The translations under genes were made by a program, and so were the position numbers. From NCBI RefSeq assembly GCF_000007145.1, contig NC_003902.1:4406497-4438496 (forward strand): a stretch of 32,000 nt of DNA, in the 5' to 3' direction. Every line of letters starts with the position of its first letter. Position 1 is the first letter of the stretch. Positions 1-9,199 of this stretch are shown in pieces. A model generated the notes under the pieces. That model was not told where the DNA came from and searched no databases. It worked only from the letters and a program-made list of their open reading frames with translations. This stretch comes from Xanthomonas campestris pv. campestris str. ATCC 33913 (lineage in GTDB: Bacteria > Pseudomonadota > Gammaproteobacteria > Xanthomonadales > Xanthomonadaceae).

Positions 1-77
1 CCTTCGTAGCTTGTGGTACCTACGCACGTGCAGTGATCTGGATGCAATCGATGCCCTCGAATGCGATCTGCCTACGC

Positions 78-109
78 GAAAAGAACAAGGGCGACCGTGG
101 CCGCCCTTG
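78..109 (-). terminator. Rho-independent terminator downstream of the DUF3606 gene
   Basis: 8-bp GC stem CAAGGGCG (86-93) / CGCCCTTG (102-109) with an 8-nt loop. On the minus strand the hairpin is followed by TTCTTTTC (85-78). Confidence 0.5.
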
Positions 110-207
110 CTTCCCATCACTTCCACTACTGATCAACTCAGCAGGCACCCGGTCACACACACCTACAGTTCGGCTAGGCGCAGCCTGCGGTCAGGTATCA
201 GGCTACC

Positions 208-387
208 TCAATGCGGCGGCCGATAATCCCGCAGCTTGGTGGTGACGTTGCCGACCTCCTCAACCGCAGCCCGCAGATCGTCTTCAGACATCCCCAGTTC
301 GCGGGCCCAATACTGCAGCTCCCATTCCTCGCTGATGCTCACGTGTTCCATGTCGGTGGGTTTGCGGTTTGCGTCTGCTGTGCTCAT
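208..387 (-). CDS. DUF3606-like small protein (59 aa)
   Basis: Below the ORF-track length cut-off; found by hand. ATG at 387, TGA at 210-208. Translation: MSTADANRKPTDMEHVSISEEWELQYWARELGMSEDDLRAAVEEVGNVTTKLRDYRPPH. The E-x-x-YW-x-x-x-LG-x-S-x-x-x-L-x-x-AV-x-x-VG pattern is typical of DUF3606 (from memory). High GC3 and a terminator about 100 nt downstream. Confidence 0.7.
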   Translation of the reverse strand: MSTADANRKPTDMEHVSISEEWELQYWARELGMSEDDLRAAVEEVGNVTTKLRDYRPPH

Positions 388-434
388 TGGCGTATTCCGT
401 TGGCGTATGTCTGCCAGGTGCGCTGGTGGTCAGA

Positions 435-905
435 TCAATGCGTCTGCGTGCGCTTGGCCTTGAGCCCGCGCGCATGCTCCAGGTGTTCGGCAATCATGTC
501 GCGCTCGCGCTTGAGCTCCTTGCCCAGGTCGCTGGAGCCCGGCTCGCTGCTGACCTGCGCGTCCAGCACGGCGAGCGCCTTTTCATGACTGATCACCGAT
601 GCCTGCAGGTATTCGCGCTCGAACTCCTGTGCATGCAATCCGTCCAGACGCTTGCGACCGGTTTCGAACTGGGCAAGCGTGGACTTGGCCTGCGCACTGC
701 TGCGATCCGGCCCGAAGCGGCTGAGGTCGGTGAGTGCGGCGCTGTGCGCCTGGTCCATCTTGCGGGCGAACTCCAGCACCTCGCCAACCGCGCCCTTGGT
801 GACGGCCAGCTGCGCCAGGGTGCGCTCTTGCTCGTGGAACACCGACAACGCACCGAGCGCCTGCAGCGTGCTGCGTATCGCGCTGGGCGTCATTCTGCAG
901 GGCAC
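435..905 (-). CDS. DUF4142-like domain protein; probably the 3' part of a frameshifted gene whose start and membrane anchor lie at 1056 in another frame
   Basis: Track ORF 435..905. Helical repeat text (ALGALSVFHEQERTLAQLAVTKG...EFARKMDQAHS...YLQASVISHEKALAVLD) resembles DUF4142. It has no signal peptide of its own. An AGGAGA-N6-ATG start at 1056 opens a frame encoding MGSILKLVTAGAVGVIAYKAW... that is offset by one base from this ORF. Confidence 0.6.
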   Translation of the reverse strand: MPCRMTPSAIRSTLQALGALSVFHEQERTLAQLAVTKGAVGEVLEFARKMDQAHSAALTDLSRFGPDRSSAQAKSTLAQFETGRKRLDGLHAQEFEREYLQASVISHEKALAVLDAQVSSEPGSSDLGKELKRERDMIAEHLEHARGLKAKRTQTH

Positions 906-1297
906 CGCGCAGCGGGTCGCCGTGCGGCGGCGTGCTGCCGTCCTGCTGCGTATCGCCCTGCTGCGTATCAGTCGCCAACCCCTGGCGGCGCTGCCAGGCC
1001 TTGTAGGCGATGACGCCCACGGCGCCGGCGGTCACGAGCTTCAAGATGCTTCCCATTGCGGTCTCCTGCAGAGTGTGGATTGTTGAAGATGGCCAGCGGC
1101 GCGAGCTGCTTACAGCCACCGTGCGAGTCGATCCAGCCTGCGAGCGGCGGGGTTAGCCACGCGTGACCTGCGCATCAACACCGCGTCGCTGCGCGTGCGC
1201 GTCCACATCACACGCACGCGCCGTGCTGAGGTTTTTAACGCCGCCCCATCAACACTGCGTGCGTTGCCGCTGACCGCCGGCCCTCACGGAGAACTGC

Positions 1298-2461
1298 ATG
1301 CTCGCCCTCAACTATCACGGCTCGCGCGATGTGCGGGTTGAAACGGTACCCGACCCGTTGCTGGTGGAACGCGACGACCTGATCCTGCGGGTGACCGCCA
1401 CCGCGATCTGCGGTTCGGACCTGCATCTGTATCACGGCAAGATTCCCGACCTGCGCCCTGGCGACATTCTCGGCCACGAATTCATGGGTATCGTGGAAGA
1501 GGTGGGCCCGGATGTCACCGCAGTGCGTCCGGGCGACCGTGTGGTGATTCCGTTCGTGGTGGCGTGCGGCCAGTGCTTCCACTGCCTGCTGCAGGAATTT
1601 TCGGCCTGCGAAACTACCAACACCGGCAAGGGTGCGGCGCTCAACCACAAAGACATGCGCCCGCCTGCGGCATTGTTTGGCTTCAGCCATCTTTATGGCG
1701 GTTTGTCTGGTGGGCAGGCGGAATACGTGCGCGTACCCAAGGCCAACGTCGGCCCGCTGGTGGTGCCCGATGCCCTGCACGATGAGCAGGTGTTGTTCCT
1801 CTCCGACATCCTGCCCACCGGCTACCAGGCGGTGGTGGACGCAGGCGTCAAGCAGAGGTCCACCGTGGCCATCTTCGGCGCTGGCCCGGTCGGCCTGATG
1901 GCCGCGGCGTGCTGCCGCATGCTGGGCGCCGAACGGGTGTTCATGGTCGACCGCCACGCCTACCGGCTGGACTTCGCATCACGCACCTACGGTGTCATCC
2001 CGATCAACTTCGACGAGATCGACGACCCGGCCGACATCATCGTCTCGCAGACCGATGGCCGCGGCGTGGATGCCAGCATCGAGGCAGTGGGGTTCGAAGC
2101 CGAAGGCAGTGCGCTGGAAACCGCGTTGACCACCTTGAAGCTGGAAGGCAGCAGCGGCGTGGCGTTGCGCCAGTGCATCGCCGCCACCCGCCGCTGCGGC
2201 ACGGTGAGCGTGCCCGGCGTGTATGCCGGTTTCATCCATGCCTTCATGTTTGGCGATGCGTTCGACAAGGGGCTCACCTTCAAGATGGGCCAGACCCACG
2301 TGCAGAAGCACATGCCCTACCTGCTGGAGCGCATCGGCAATGGCGAGCTCAAGCCCAGCGCCATCATCTCGCACCGGTTGCCGCTGGCCGAGGCCGCGCG
2401 TGGCTACGAGGTGTTCGACAAGAAGCAGGACGATTGCCGCAAGGTGGTGTTGACGCCCTGA
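1298..2461 (+). CDS. Zn-dependent alcohol dehydrogenase family protein (glutathione-independent formaldehyde dehydrogenase-like)
   Basis: Track ORF, 387 aa. GGAG lies 6 nt before the ATG. Motifs: CGSDLH, GHEFMG, structural-zinc Cys cluster [25 protein letters not shown], Rossmann GAGPVGL. Overall layout matches medium-chain dehydrogenases of the formaldehyde dehydrogenase type. Confidence 0.9.
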   Translation: MLALNYHGSRDVRVETVPDPLLVERDDLILRVTATAICGSDLHLYHGKIPDLRPGDILGHEFMGIVEEVGPDVTAVRPGDRVVIPFVVACGQCFHCLLQEFSACETTNTGKGAALNHKDMRPPAALFGFSHLYGGLSGGQAEYVRVPKANVGPLVVPDALHDEQVLFLSDILPTGYQAVVDAGVKQRSTVAIFGAGPVGLMAAACCRMLGAERVFMVDRHAYRLDFASRTYGVIPINFDEIDDPADIIVSQTDGRGVDASIEAVGFEAEGSALETALTTLKLEGSSGVALRQCIAATRRCGTVSVPGVYAGFIHAFMFGDAFDKGLTFKMGQTHVQKHMPYLLERIGNGELKPSAIISHRLPLAEAARGYEVFDKKQDDCRKVVLTP

Positions 2462-2476
2462 TCGGCACACGCATCC

Positions 2477-2530
2477 TGCAGGAACGACAACGGCGCGGTC
2501 CCCGAGGGCCGCGCCGTTGTCGTTCCTGCA
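2477..2530 (+). terminator. Long perfect hairpin after the dehydrogenase gene (terminator-like, no U tract)
   Basis: 22-nt arms TGCAGGAACGACAACGGCGCGG (2477-2498) / CCGCGCCGTTGTCGTTCCTGCA (2509-2530). Starts 16 nt after the stop codon. Confidence 0.5.
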
Positions 2531-2567
2531 CTTGATGCTGAGTGACGCGTACAGCGCGCGTGGACTG

Positions 2568-3633
<1,066 letters not shown>

Positions 3634-3642
3634 GGATTTGCG

Positions 3643-3870
3643 ATGAATAATTCCCGCCGCCAGTCGATGACCGTCAGCAACCAGCCGGGCAAGCCGCGTT
3701 TGTCCGAACAGCGCCTGGCCGCCGATCTGGAAGAATTCCACAAGTCCGGCGGTGCGATCGAGCGCCTGGGCGACACGCCGCTGCGCCGTGAAAAGAAGCG
3801 TGGCGCGCCGGAGACCCCGGCTGCAGCAGCTGCGCCCGCCAAGGCCGCCGCGGACGCGGACACGGAATAA
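3643..3870 (+). CDS. Small hypothetical protein (75 aa), probably co-transcribed with the YkgJ-like gene
   Basis: Track ORF. GAGGA lies 7 nt before the ATG, and the gene starts 9 nt after the upstream stop. High GC3. Ala-rich, charged C-terminus. No family recognised. Confidence 0.55.
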   Translation: MNNSRRQSMTVSNQPGKPRLSEQRLAADLEEFHKSGGAIERLGDTPLRREKKRGAPETPAAAAAPAKAAADADTE

Positions 3871-3882
3871 GCACGCCGCAAG

Positions 3883-3910
3883 ACGACAGCCGGCCAGGCG
3901 CCGCTGTCGT
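3883..3910 (+). terminator. Weak hairpin after the 75-aa ORF
   Basis: ACGACAGC (3883-3890) / GCTGTCGT (3903-3910) with a 12-nt loop, 13 nt after the stop. No U tract. Confidence 0.3.
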
Positions 3911-4234
3911 GCCGTATGCGCTTTGCGGTTGAGGCGAGCAGTCGCTGTGCCTACCGATGCATCTGCTGCCTGCGCCGCACCACTGCCGCGCACGGCGCCT
4001 GTCACCAACATCAAACGTTGATCATCGCTGCAGGCTGTGCCGTTTCTGCTAGACGAGCCGGCCAGCGGGAAATCCGCTGCACTTGGCACGGCCAGGGCAG
4101 GTAGAGCAGCTCAACGTCATCAAGCGCATTGCGGGCAAACAGTCGCGCAATGACCAAGCGAAACCTCAACGACAACGGCTGCAGCAATCGAACGCTTGCG
4201 CTGCGGAATGCCGGGTCGAACAGCGCCCTGCCCG

Positions 4235-4382
4235 CTTGGAGCGGCTAACAAAACGTAGCGAGCAGTCGTCAGGTGGGTGCGGACGGCGCGGAGGAACCGG
4301 AGTGTACGGGGGTACATGCCGATTCCGAGCACCGGCCGCGCCCGCCTGGCGGCTGCGCAGTCGTGTTGATAGCTGCTCTTAG
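4235..4382 (+). repeat. MITE-like palindromic repeat, copy B (core 4240-4377; flanks CTTGG / CTTAG)
   Basis: Near-identical to copy A over the central part (CAGGTGGGTGCG..GGCGCGGAGGAACCGG.GTGTACGGGGGTAC.TGCCGATTCCGAGCACCGGCCGCGCCCGCCTGGC.GCTGCGC). Its right flank supplies the TAA of the minus-strand gene ending at 4379. Confidence 0.8.
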
Positions 4383-4660
4383 TCCTCCTGCCGCCGCAGC
4401 ACCAGATACCGCCGCCAGTGCACGCCCAGCGCGTCATGCACGTCGCCTTCGGGCATCGAATCATGTGGGCAGGCCAGATTGAGTTCGTGCCGCCAGTGGA
4501 TGCCGAACTCGCCGCCGGGCCACGGTGAAATCTGATACCCCTCGGGGATCAACAATTCCGGCGCCGAATCGGCCTGCAGCGTCTGCCCATCCTGCGGGCC
4601 GCCCACCAGATGCAGACGCACGCACCCTTCTTCTTCATTCACGACCGTACTCCTCAACAT
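4379..4660 (-). CDS. Hypothetical small protein (93 aa from ATG 4660; 87 aa from GTG 4642, which has a GAGGAG RBS 7 nt upstream)
   Basis: 3' part of track ORF 4379..4843: (MLRSTV)VNEEEGCVRLHLVGGPQDGQTLQADSAPELLIPEGYQISPWPGGEFGIHWRHELNLACPHDSMPEGDVHDALGVHWRRYLVLRRQED. Protein-like composition and high GC3. No family recognised. Confidence 0.45.
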   Translation of the reverse strand: MLRSTVVNEEEGCVRLHLVGGPQDGQTLQADSAPELLIPEGYQISPWPGGEFGIHWRHELNLACPHDSMPEGDVHDALGVHWRRYLVLRRQED

Positions 4661-4918
4661 GGCGGGACTGGTCGCATCCAGCGGGTTGGGGCGGCGCGCT
4701 GCGCAAACGGAAGCATGCAATGGCAACGGTGCACTGCACGGTTGCCAGACGACGCCCCGACTGGCAGTGCTCGTGTTTCCACCAGCGCGTGCCATCGATT
4801 GCATGGAGTCTAGAAGCAGGCGCCGCAGGCAGAGCGTGAACACTGCGGCAGCGTGGAGTGAGCCGTGTAGCGGCAGCGCGCATGGCGCTACGCCATAGCG
4901 CCATGCGCGCTCAGCGGA

Positions 4919-5131
4919 TTACAACAGCTGCGCGCGGCCGACCGCGCCGAGACCTTGTGCCAGCGCAGCCATTTCGTTGGCCAGCGCGATGACGTCGCCA
5001 CCGGCCTGTGCGGCGGTGGTCATGATGCGTTGATAAGCGTCCCAGAAGTCCGGTCCACTGCCATAGGCGTCGTGGAACCCTTGCAGCTCCAAGACCAGCA
5101 GATCGGACACTTGCATGTCAGAGCGGTCCAT
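4919..5131 (-). CDS. Hypothetical small protein (70 aa)
   Basis: Track ORF. GAGG lies about 8 nt before ATG 5131. Helical-looking text MDRSDMQVSDLLVLELQGFHDAYGSGPDFWDAYQRIMTTAAQAGGDVIALANEMAALAQGLGAVGRAQLL. No family recognised. Confidence 0.45.
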   Translation of the reverse strand: MDRSDMQVSDLLVLELQGFHDAYGSGPDFWDAYQRIMTTAAQAGGDVIALANEMAALAQGLGAVGRAQLL

Positions 5132-5728
5132 TGTGTTTACCTCGTTGGGGAATGTCCCCGGCCCGCAGCTTATACCCGTTCACCTTACAAAACCGGGTCC
5201 ACCAGGCGACAGCGGCGGCGAACCTGAATCGGTTAAATTGCTGGCGTCGCGTGGCCTGAAACAGTGTGTCTGCGGCCGCCAACACCGCGATTCTGCAGCG
5301 CTTTTTGACACGGAGGACACATCCGCAGCAGAGCATGTCCATCCGCATTATCCAAATGCATTGTTGACGCTGCAGGCGCACTCAACTGTGGAACCAGTTG
5401 CATGGCCAGCAGGCACGCTCGCATCTGCTCGTAGTGCGAGCACTCGCGATACGCGCTGCAGCTTCCCAAGCTACGGCTCTACTCTCGAACCGCCTGGCCA
5501 CGCATCTGCGTTTGGAATGAACGAATTTCCCGCTTCAAGTGCGTTGGCGAGCACCCTACTTGCCCACTCAAATGCAGCACGTCTAAACCCCGGTCAGGCG
5601 GGTGTGCCAGGACTGCTTCTTGCGGCGTCTTCGTTGCAAGACAGCTCCGGCAACACCTGTGACCGACCCAGATCACGACGCAATCAGCTCACTGCGCACT
5701 GCCGCAGCACACCACGCGCAACCACCAC

Positions 5729-7942
5729 TCATCCCGCACGCCGGGGCAGTTGCGCCAACAACTTGTCCAGCGTAATCGGGTAGTCGCGCACGCGGATGCC
5801 GGTGGCGTTGTAGACCGCATTCGCCAGCGCCGGCGCCACGCCGGTGAGCCCCAGTTCGCCCACGCCTTTGGCTTTCAACGGCGACATGGTCGGGTCCACC
5901 TCGTCGATGAAATGCGCCTCCAGATGCGGGATATCCGCATGCACCGGCACCTCGTAACCGGCCAGGTCGTGATTGACGAAAAATCCCAGCCGGGTGTCCA
6001 CCACCATGTCTTCCATCAACGCCGCACCCACGCCCATCACCATGCCGCCGATCACCTGGCTGCGTGCGGTCTTGGGATTGAGGATGCGCCCGGCCGCGCA
6101 CACCGCCAGCAACCGGCGCACGCGGATTTCGCCGGTGTCGGCATCCACCGCAACCTCGGCGAAATGCGCGCCGAAGGTTTGCTGCGCGTACTGCTGTTTG
6201 AGCGTGCCGAACTCCATCGCGTCTTCGGCCACCAGCTCGCCGCCGGCGGCCGCCTGCGCCAGCGCAATGGAACGCGGGCCGGCGTGCACCTGGCCGTCGG
6301 CAAAGCGGGCCTGGTCCACCGGCATGCCCAGGCGCTGCGCCACCGTCGCGCGCAACTGCATGCAGGCGGCATACACGCCGGCAGTCACCGAGGCGGCACC
6401 TTGCTGCCCGCCGGAACCGGGCGTTTCCGGAAAGCTGGAGTCGCCCAGCCGCACCACCACCTGGTGCAACGGCAGGCCGAGCAGCTCGGCCGCGGTTTGC
6501 GCCACGATGGTGTAGCTGCCGGTGCCGATGTCGGTCATGTCGGTTTCGATGGTCAACGTGCCGCTGCGGTCCAGCCGCGCACGCGCAGCGGCCTTGGAGA
6601 TCGGCGCGCCGCGAATGGCCGCAGCCATGCCCATGCCGATCAACCAACGGCCGTCGCGCACGCTGGCCGGCGTGGGGTTGCGTCGCGACCAGCCGAAGCG
6701 CTGCGCGCCGCTGCGCAGGCACGCGATGAAGGGCCGCGTGGAGAACGGCCGCTGCGGCTGTTCCGGGTCCACCTGGGTGTCGTTGACGATGCGCAGCTGC
6801 ACCGGGTCCATGCCCACGCGTTCGGCCAGTTCGTCCATGGCCACCTCCAGCGCCATCATCCCCGGCGCCTCGCCGGGCGCGCGCATGGCATTGCCTTCGG
6901 CCAGGTCCAGCACCGCCAGCCGCACCGCGGTCATGCGGTTGGCGCCGGCGTAGAGCGCGCGCGTGGACAAGGGGGTGGGCTCGCTGCGGCCGCCGCGCAG
7001 ATTGCCGGACCAGCTTTCATGGCCGATCGCGGTGAGCCGCCCGTCGGCGCCGGCGCCCAGCCGCAGGCGCTGGATGGTCGCCGGCCGGTGGATGGTGCTG
7101 TTGAACATCAGCGGGCGCTGCAGGGCCAGCTTGACCGGCCGCCGGGTGATGCGCGCGGCCAGCGCCGCCAGCACCAGATCCGCCTGTGCGGTGCCCTTGC
7201 CACCGAAGCCGCCGCCGATGAACGGCGACAGCAGCCGGATGCGCTCCTTGGGCATGCCCAGCGCCTTGCCCAGGTCGCGCGTGCCCCAGTTCATCTGCTG
7301 GATCGCGGTGTGGCAGATCAGCTGCTCGCCTTCCCAGCGCGCGATGGTGGCGTGCGGCTCCAGCATCGCGTGCGCCTGGTCGGGCGTGCGAAAGGTGGCA
7401 TCCACGGTGAACGGCGCGGCGGCATAGGCGGCGGCGAAGTCGCCCTGGGCGGTCTGTGGCGGCCCGCCGAACGGCGCCTGTGGCGCCACCGGGGCACTGG
7501 CCTGCTGGGCGGCGAGGTCGTAGTGGCCGCGCTCACGCGCGTAGCGCACCCGCACCAGCGCCGCACCGGCGCGGGCCTGTTCAAAGCTCTCGGCCACCAC
7601 CACCGCCACCGGCTGATGGTAGTGGTCCACCTGCGGCGCGGCCAGAAACCGCTGCACATAGAAGTCGCCGGTGCCCAGCGCGGGCACGTTCTGGTGGGTG
7701 AGCACCGCGATCACCCCGGGCGCGGCGAGTGCGGCGGCAGTGTCCAGTGCGGTGATGCGCCCCTTGCCGATCGCCGCGCCGAGAATGTAGCCGTAGGCCA
7801 TCTGCCCGGGCTGGTCATGCCATTCATAGGCGTAGTGGGCCTGCCCGGTCACCTTGAGCGGCCCGTCCACGCGATCGACCGGCTGGCCCAGCACTTTGAG
7901 CTGGTCGGCGGGCGTGGCGCCTGCGGGGGTGTCGAACTTCAT
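5729..7942 (-). CDS. Xanthine dehydrogenase-family molybdopterin-binding subunit (PaoC/YagR-like aldehyde oxidoreductase large subunit), 737 aa
   Basis: Internal start of track ORF 5729..8128. AGGAGC-N6-ATG at 7942. The N-terminus MKFDTPAGATPADQLKVLGQPVDRVDGPLKVTGQAHYAYEWHDQPGQMAYGYILG... closely parallels E. coli PaoC as I recall it. Length and the C-terminal Moco-domain text fit. Confidence 0.88.
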   Translation of the reverse strand: MKFDTPAGATPADQLKVLGQPVDRVDGPLKVTGQAHYAYEWHDQPGQMAYGYILGAAIGKGRITALDTAAALAAPGVIAVLTHQNVPALGTGDFYVQRFLAAPQVDHYHQPVAVVVAESFEQARAGAALVRVRYARERGHYDLAAQQASAPVAPQAPFGGPPQTAQGDFAAAYAAAPFTVDATFRTPDQAHAMLEPHATIARWEGEQLICHTAIQQMNWGTRDLGKALGMPKERIRLLSPFIGGGFGGKGTAQADLVLAALAARITRRPVKLALQRPLMFNSTIHRPATIQRLRLGAGADGRLTAIGHESWSGNLRGGRSEPTPLSTRALYAGANRMTAVRLAVLDLAEGNAMRAPGEAPGMMALEVAMDELAERVGMDPVQLRIVNDTQVDPEQPQRPFSTRPFIACLRSGAQRFGWSRRNPTPASVRDGRWLIGMGMAAAIRGAPISKAAARARLDRSGTLTIETDMTDIGTGSYTIVAQTAAELLGLPLHQVVVRLGDSSFPETPGSGGQQGAASVTAGVYAACMQLRATVAQRLGMPVDQARFADGQVHAGPRSIALAQAAAGGELVAEDAMEFGTLKQQYAQQTFGAHFAEVAVDADTGEIRVRRLLAVCAAGRILNPKTARSQVIGGMVMGVGAALMEDMVVDTRLGFFVNHDLAGYEVPVHADIPHLEAHFIDEVDPTMSPLKAKGVGELGLTGVAPALANAVYNATGIRVRDYPITLDKLLAQLPRRAG

Positions 7943-8248
7943 GTGGGTGCTCCTGAGGGGGACGGGCGGGCGGCGCGCCACCGCGCGCCTGGGCGCTGGC
8001 AAGGGCCTGGCACTGCCAGATCGGCCTGAATCAGCCGGCGCACGCGGCGGCTCGGACAGCCGCCAATGCCTACCCGTTTGTAGCAAACGCAGGCGCCGCC
8101 CGGAGCTCGTTTCCCGGCATGGGGTCATGAACAGGCCTCATGAATCGGCCGGATGCAGGCGCTGCGGGCAAGGCTGCCTCTCCCTGCAGCCATTGCCCGC
8201 GCTGCGACCGGCAAAGCTTGCATGGTCAAGCAGCCGCCTGGAGGAAAG

Positions 8249-8362
8249 CCCATCCCCTCCCATCCCCCTCCCATCTCCCCGCGATCTCCCCGCGCCCCGA
8301 CGAATCCCGATTCCCCATTCCCGATTCCCCATTTCCCATTCCCGACTCCCCATTCCCCCTCC
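8249..8362. repeat. C-tract / G-tract microsatellite-like repeat (units ATTCCCC, GATTCCC, CCCATC); G-quadruplex-prone on the minus strand
   Basis: I count 16 runs of 3-5 C within 114 nt, separated by 1-7 nt: cccatcccctcccatccccctcccatctccccgcgatctccccgcgccccgacgaatcccgattccccattcccgattccccatttcccattcccgactccccattccccctcc. Lies in the 512-bp divergent intergenic region. Confidence 0.85.
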
Positions 8363-8454
8363 ATGAACGCCACCGCCCGCCGCAGCGCCCGCCCGCCCAG
8401 GCAAAGGGAGCGGCTGTCATTCCCGTGTAAAATGCGCGGTCTTTGACCGGAAGA

Positions 8455-9189
8455 ATGGCGAAAGCTCCTCCACGGGCGCCCCTCTCGGGCCCGGCGTTCA
8501 TTCGCCTGCTCGCTCGCCTCACCGACGTCCACGTCGCGCAGTCCAACCACGCGCTGGCCGATCGGCTGAGCCAGTGGATCGACTGGACGCGCGCCGTTGC
8601 CGTGTCCAAGGCACTGGACGGCAAGCTGCCCGACGCCGAAACGCTGCCCGAGGTGAACGCCATCGGTGCCGACGACTGCGCGCGCCTGCGCGCCACCCTG
8701 GCCACCAGTTGCGTGACCGAGCTGGACACGCTGCTCACCCGGCTGCGCAGCGAGGCCCGCGCCGCCGCGGCCGCAGGCGCCCCCGCACCACTGGCCGACT
8801 ACGCACCGTTCCGGCAGCACTACCTGGCCATGCAGCGCGGCATGCGCAGCACCACCGGCGATTTGCGCGGCCGGCTGCGCGACATGCTGGCGCAATCGGG
8901 CAACGGCGAGATGGCGCGCCTGGCCGAAGTGGACGCGGTGATGGAACTCACCCTCAGCCCGCGCGAGCAGAGCCTGCTGGCCACCGTGCCCACCCTGCTC
9001 GGCACCCATTTCGAACGCCTGCGCGCGGCCCACCACCCCGCGCAGGACACCGACACCGCGCCAGCACGCCCCGGCTCGGATGCCTGGCTGGACGTGTTCC
9101 GCAACGATTTGCAGAGCGTGTTGCTCGCCGAACTGGAAGTTCGTTTTCACCCTATCGAAGGCCTGCTTGCAGCGCTTCGCACCCGCTAA
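8455..9189 (+). CDS. DUF3348-like protein (244 aa); first gene of the motor-like operon
   Basis: Track ORF 8443..9189, with ATG at 8455 preferred. High GC3. Helical text (FIRLLARLTDVHVAQSNHALADRLSQWIDWTRAV...). The family assignment is from memory of DUF3348 proteins, which neighbour DUF802/OmpA/DUF2894 genes. No signal peptide, TM segment or NTPase motif seen. Confidence 0.7.
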   Translation: MAKAPPRAPLSGPAFIRLLARLTDVHVAQSNHALADRLSQWIDWTRAVAVSKALDGKLPDAETLPEVNAIGADDCARLRATLATSCVTELDTLLTRLRSEARAAAAAGAPAPLADYAPFRQHYLAMQRGMRSTTGDLRGRLRDMLAQSGNGEMARLAEVDAVMELTLSPREQSLLATVPTLLGTHFERLRAAHHPAQDTDTAPARPGSDAWLDVFRNDLQSVLLAELEVRFHPIEGLLAALRTR

Positions 9190-9199
9190 TTGGGACGTC

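Noticed and set aside
4015-4239. Start-less minus-strand reading frame (...ALFDPAFRSASVRLLQPLSLRF...LYLPWPCQVQRISRW...MINV*) running out of MITE copy B; possible gene remnant
   Set aside because: No start codon gives 60 aa or more, GC3 is mediocre for this genome, and no family is recognised. It may be decayed DNA, but I cannot support a pseudogene call.
4083-4482. ORFs translating the MITE-like repeats (e.g. GADGAEEPECTGVHADSEHRPRPPGG; also 13036-13320 and 2404-2720)
   Set aside because: The same peptide-like strings recur only because the DNA repeat recurs. They cross the repeat boundaries arbitrarily.
5132-5728. Possible small gene or riboswitch in the low-GC spacer downstream of the PaoC-like gene (ORFs 5115-5783, 5233-5469, 5479-5676)
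   Set aside because: None of the frames looks protein-like, and I could not recognise a structured RNA motif by eye. The region is noted only as ORF-poor, compositionally atypical DNA.
5750-8029. 759-aa plus-strand ORF, plus several 100-350-aa ORFs on both strands across 5673-8128
   Set aside because: They run antisense or off-frame to the PaoC-like gene. The text is Arg/Gly/His/Ala-rich with no domain features, the typical shadow-ORF product of high GC.
8249-8362. Possible CRISPR array
   Set aside because: The units are 7-14 nt with no unique spacers and no cas genes. It is a microsatellite-like tract, not a CRISPR array.
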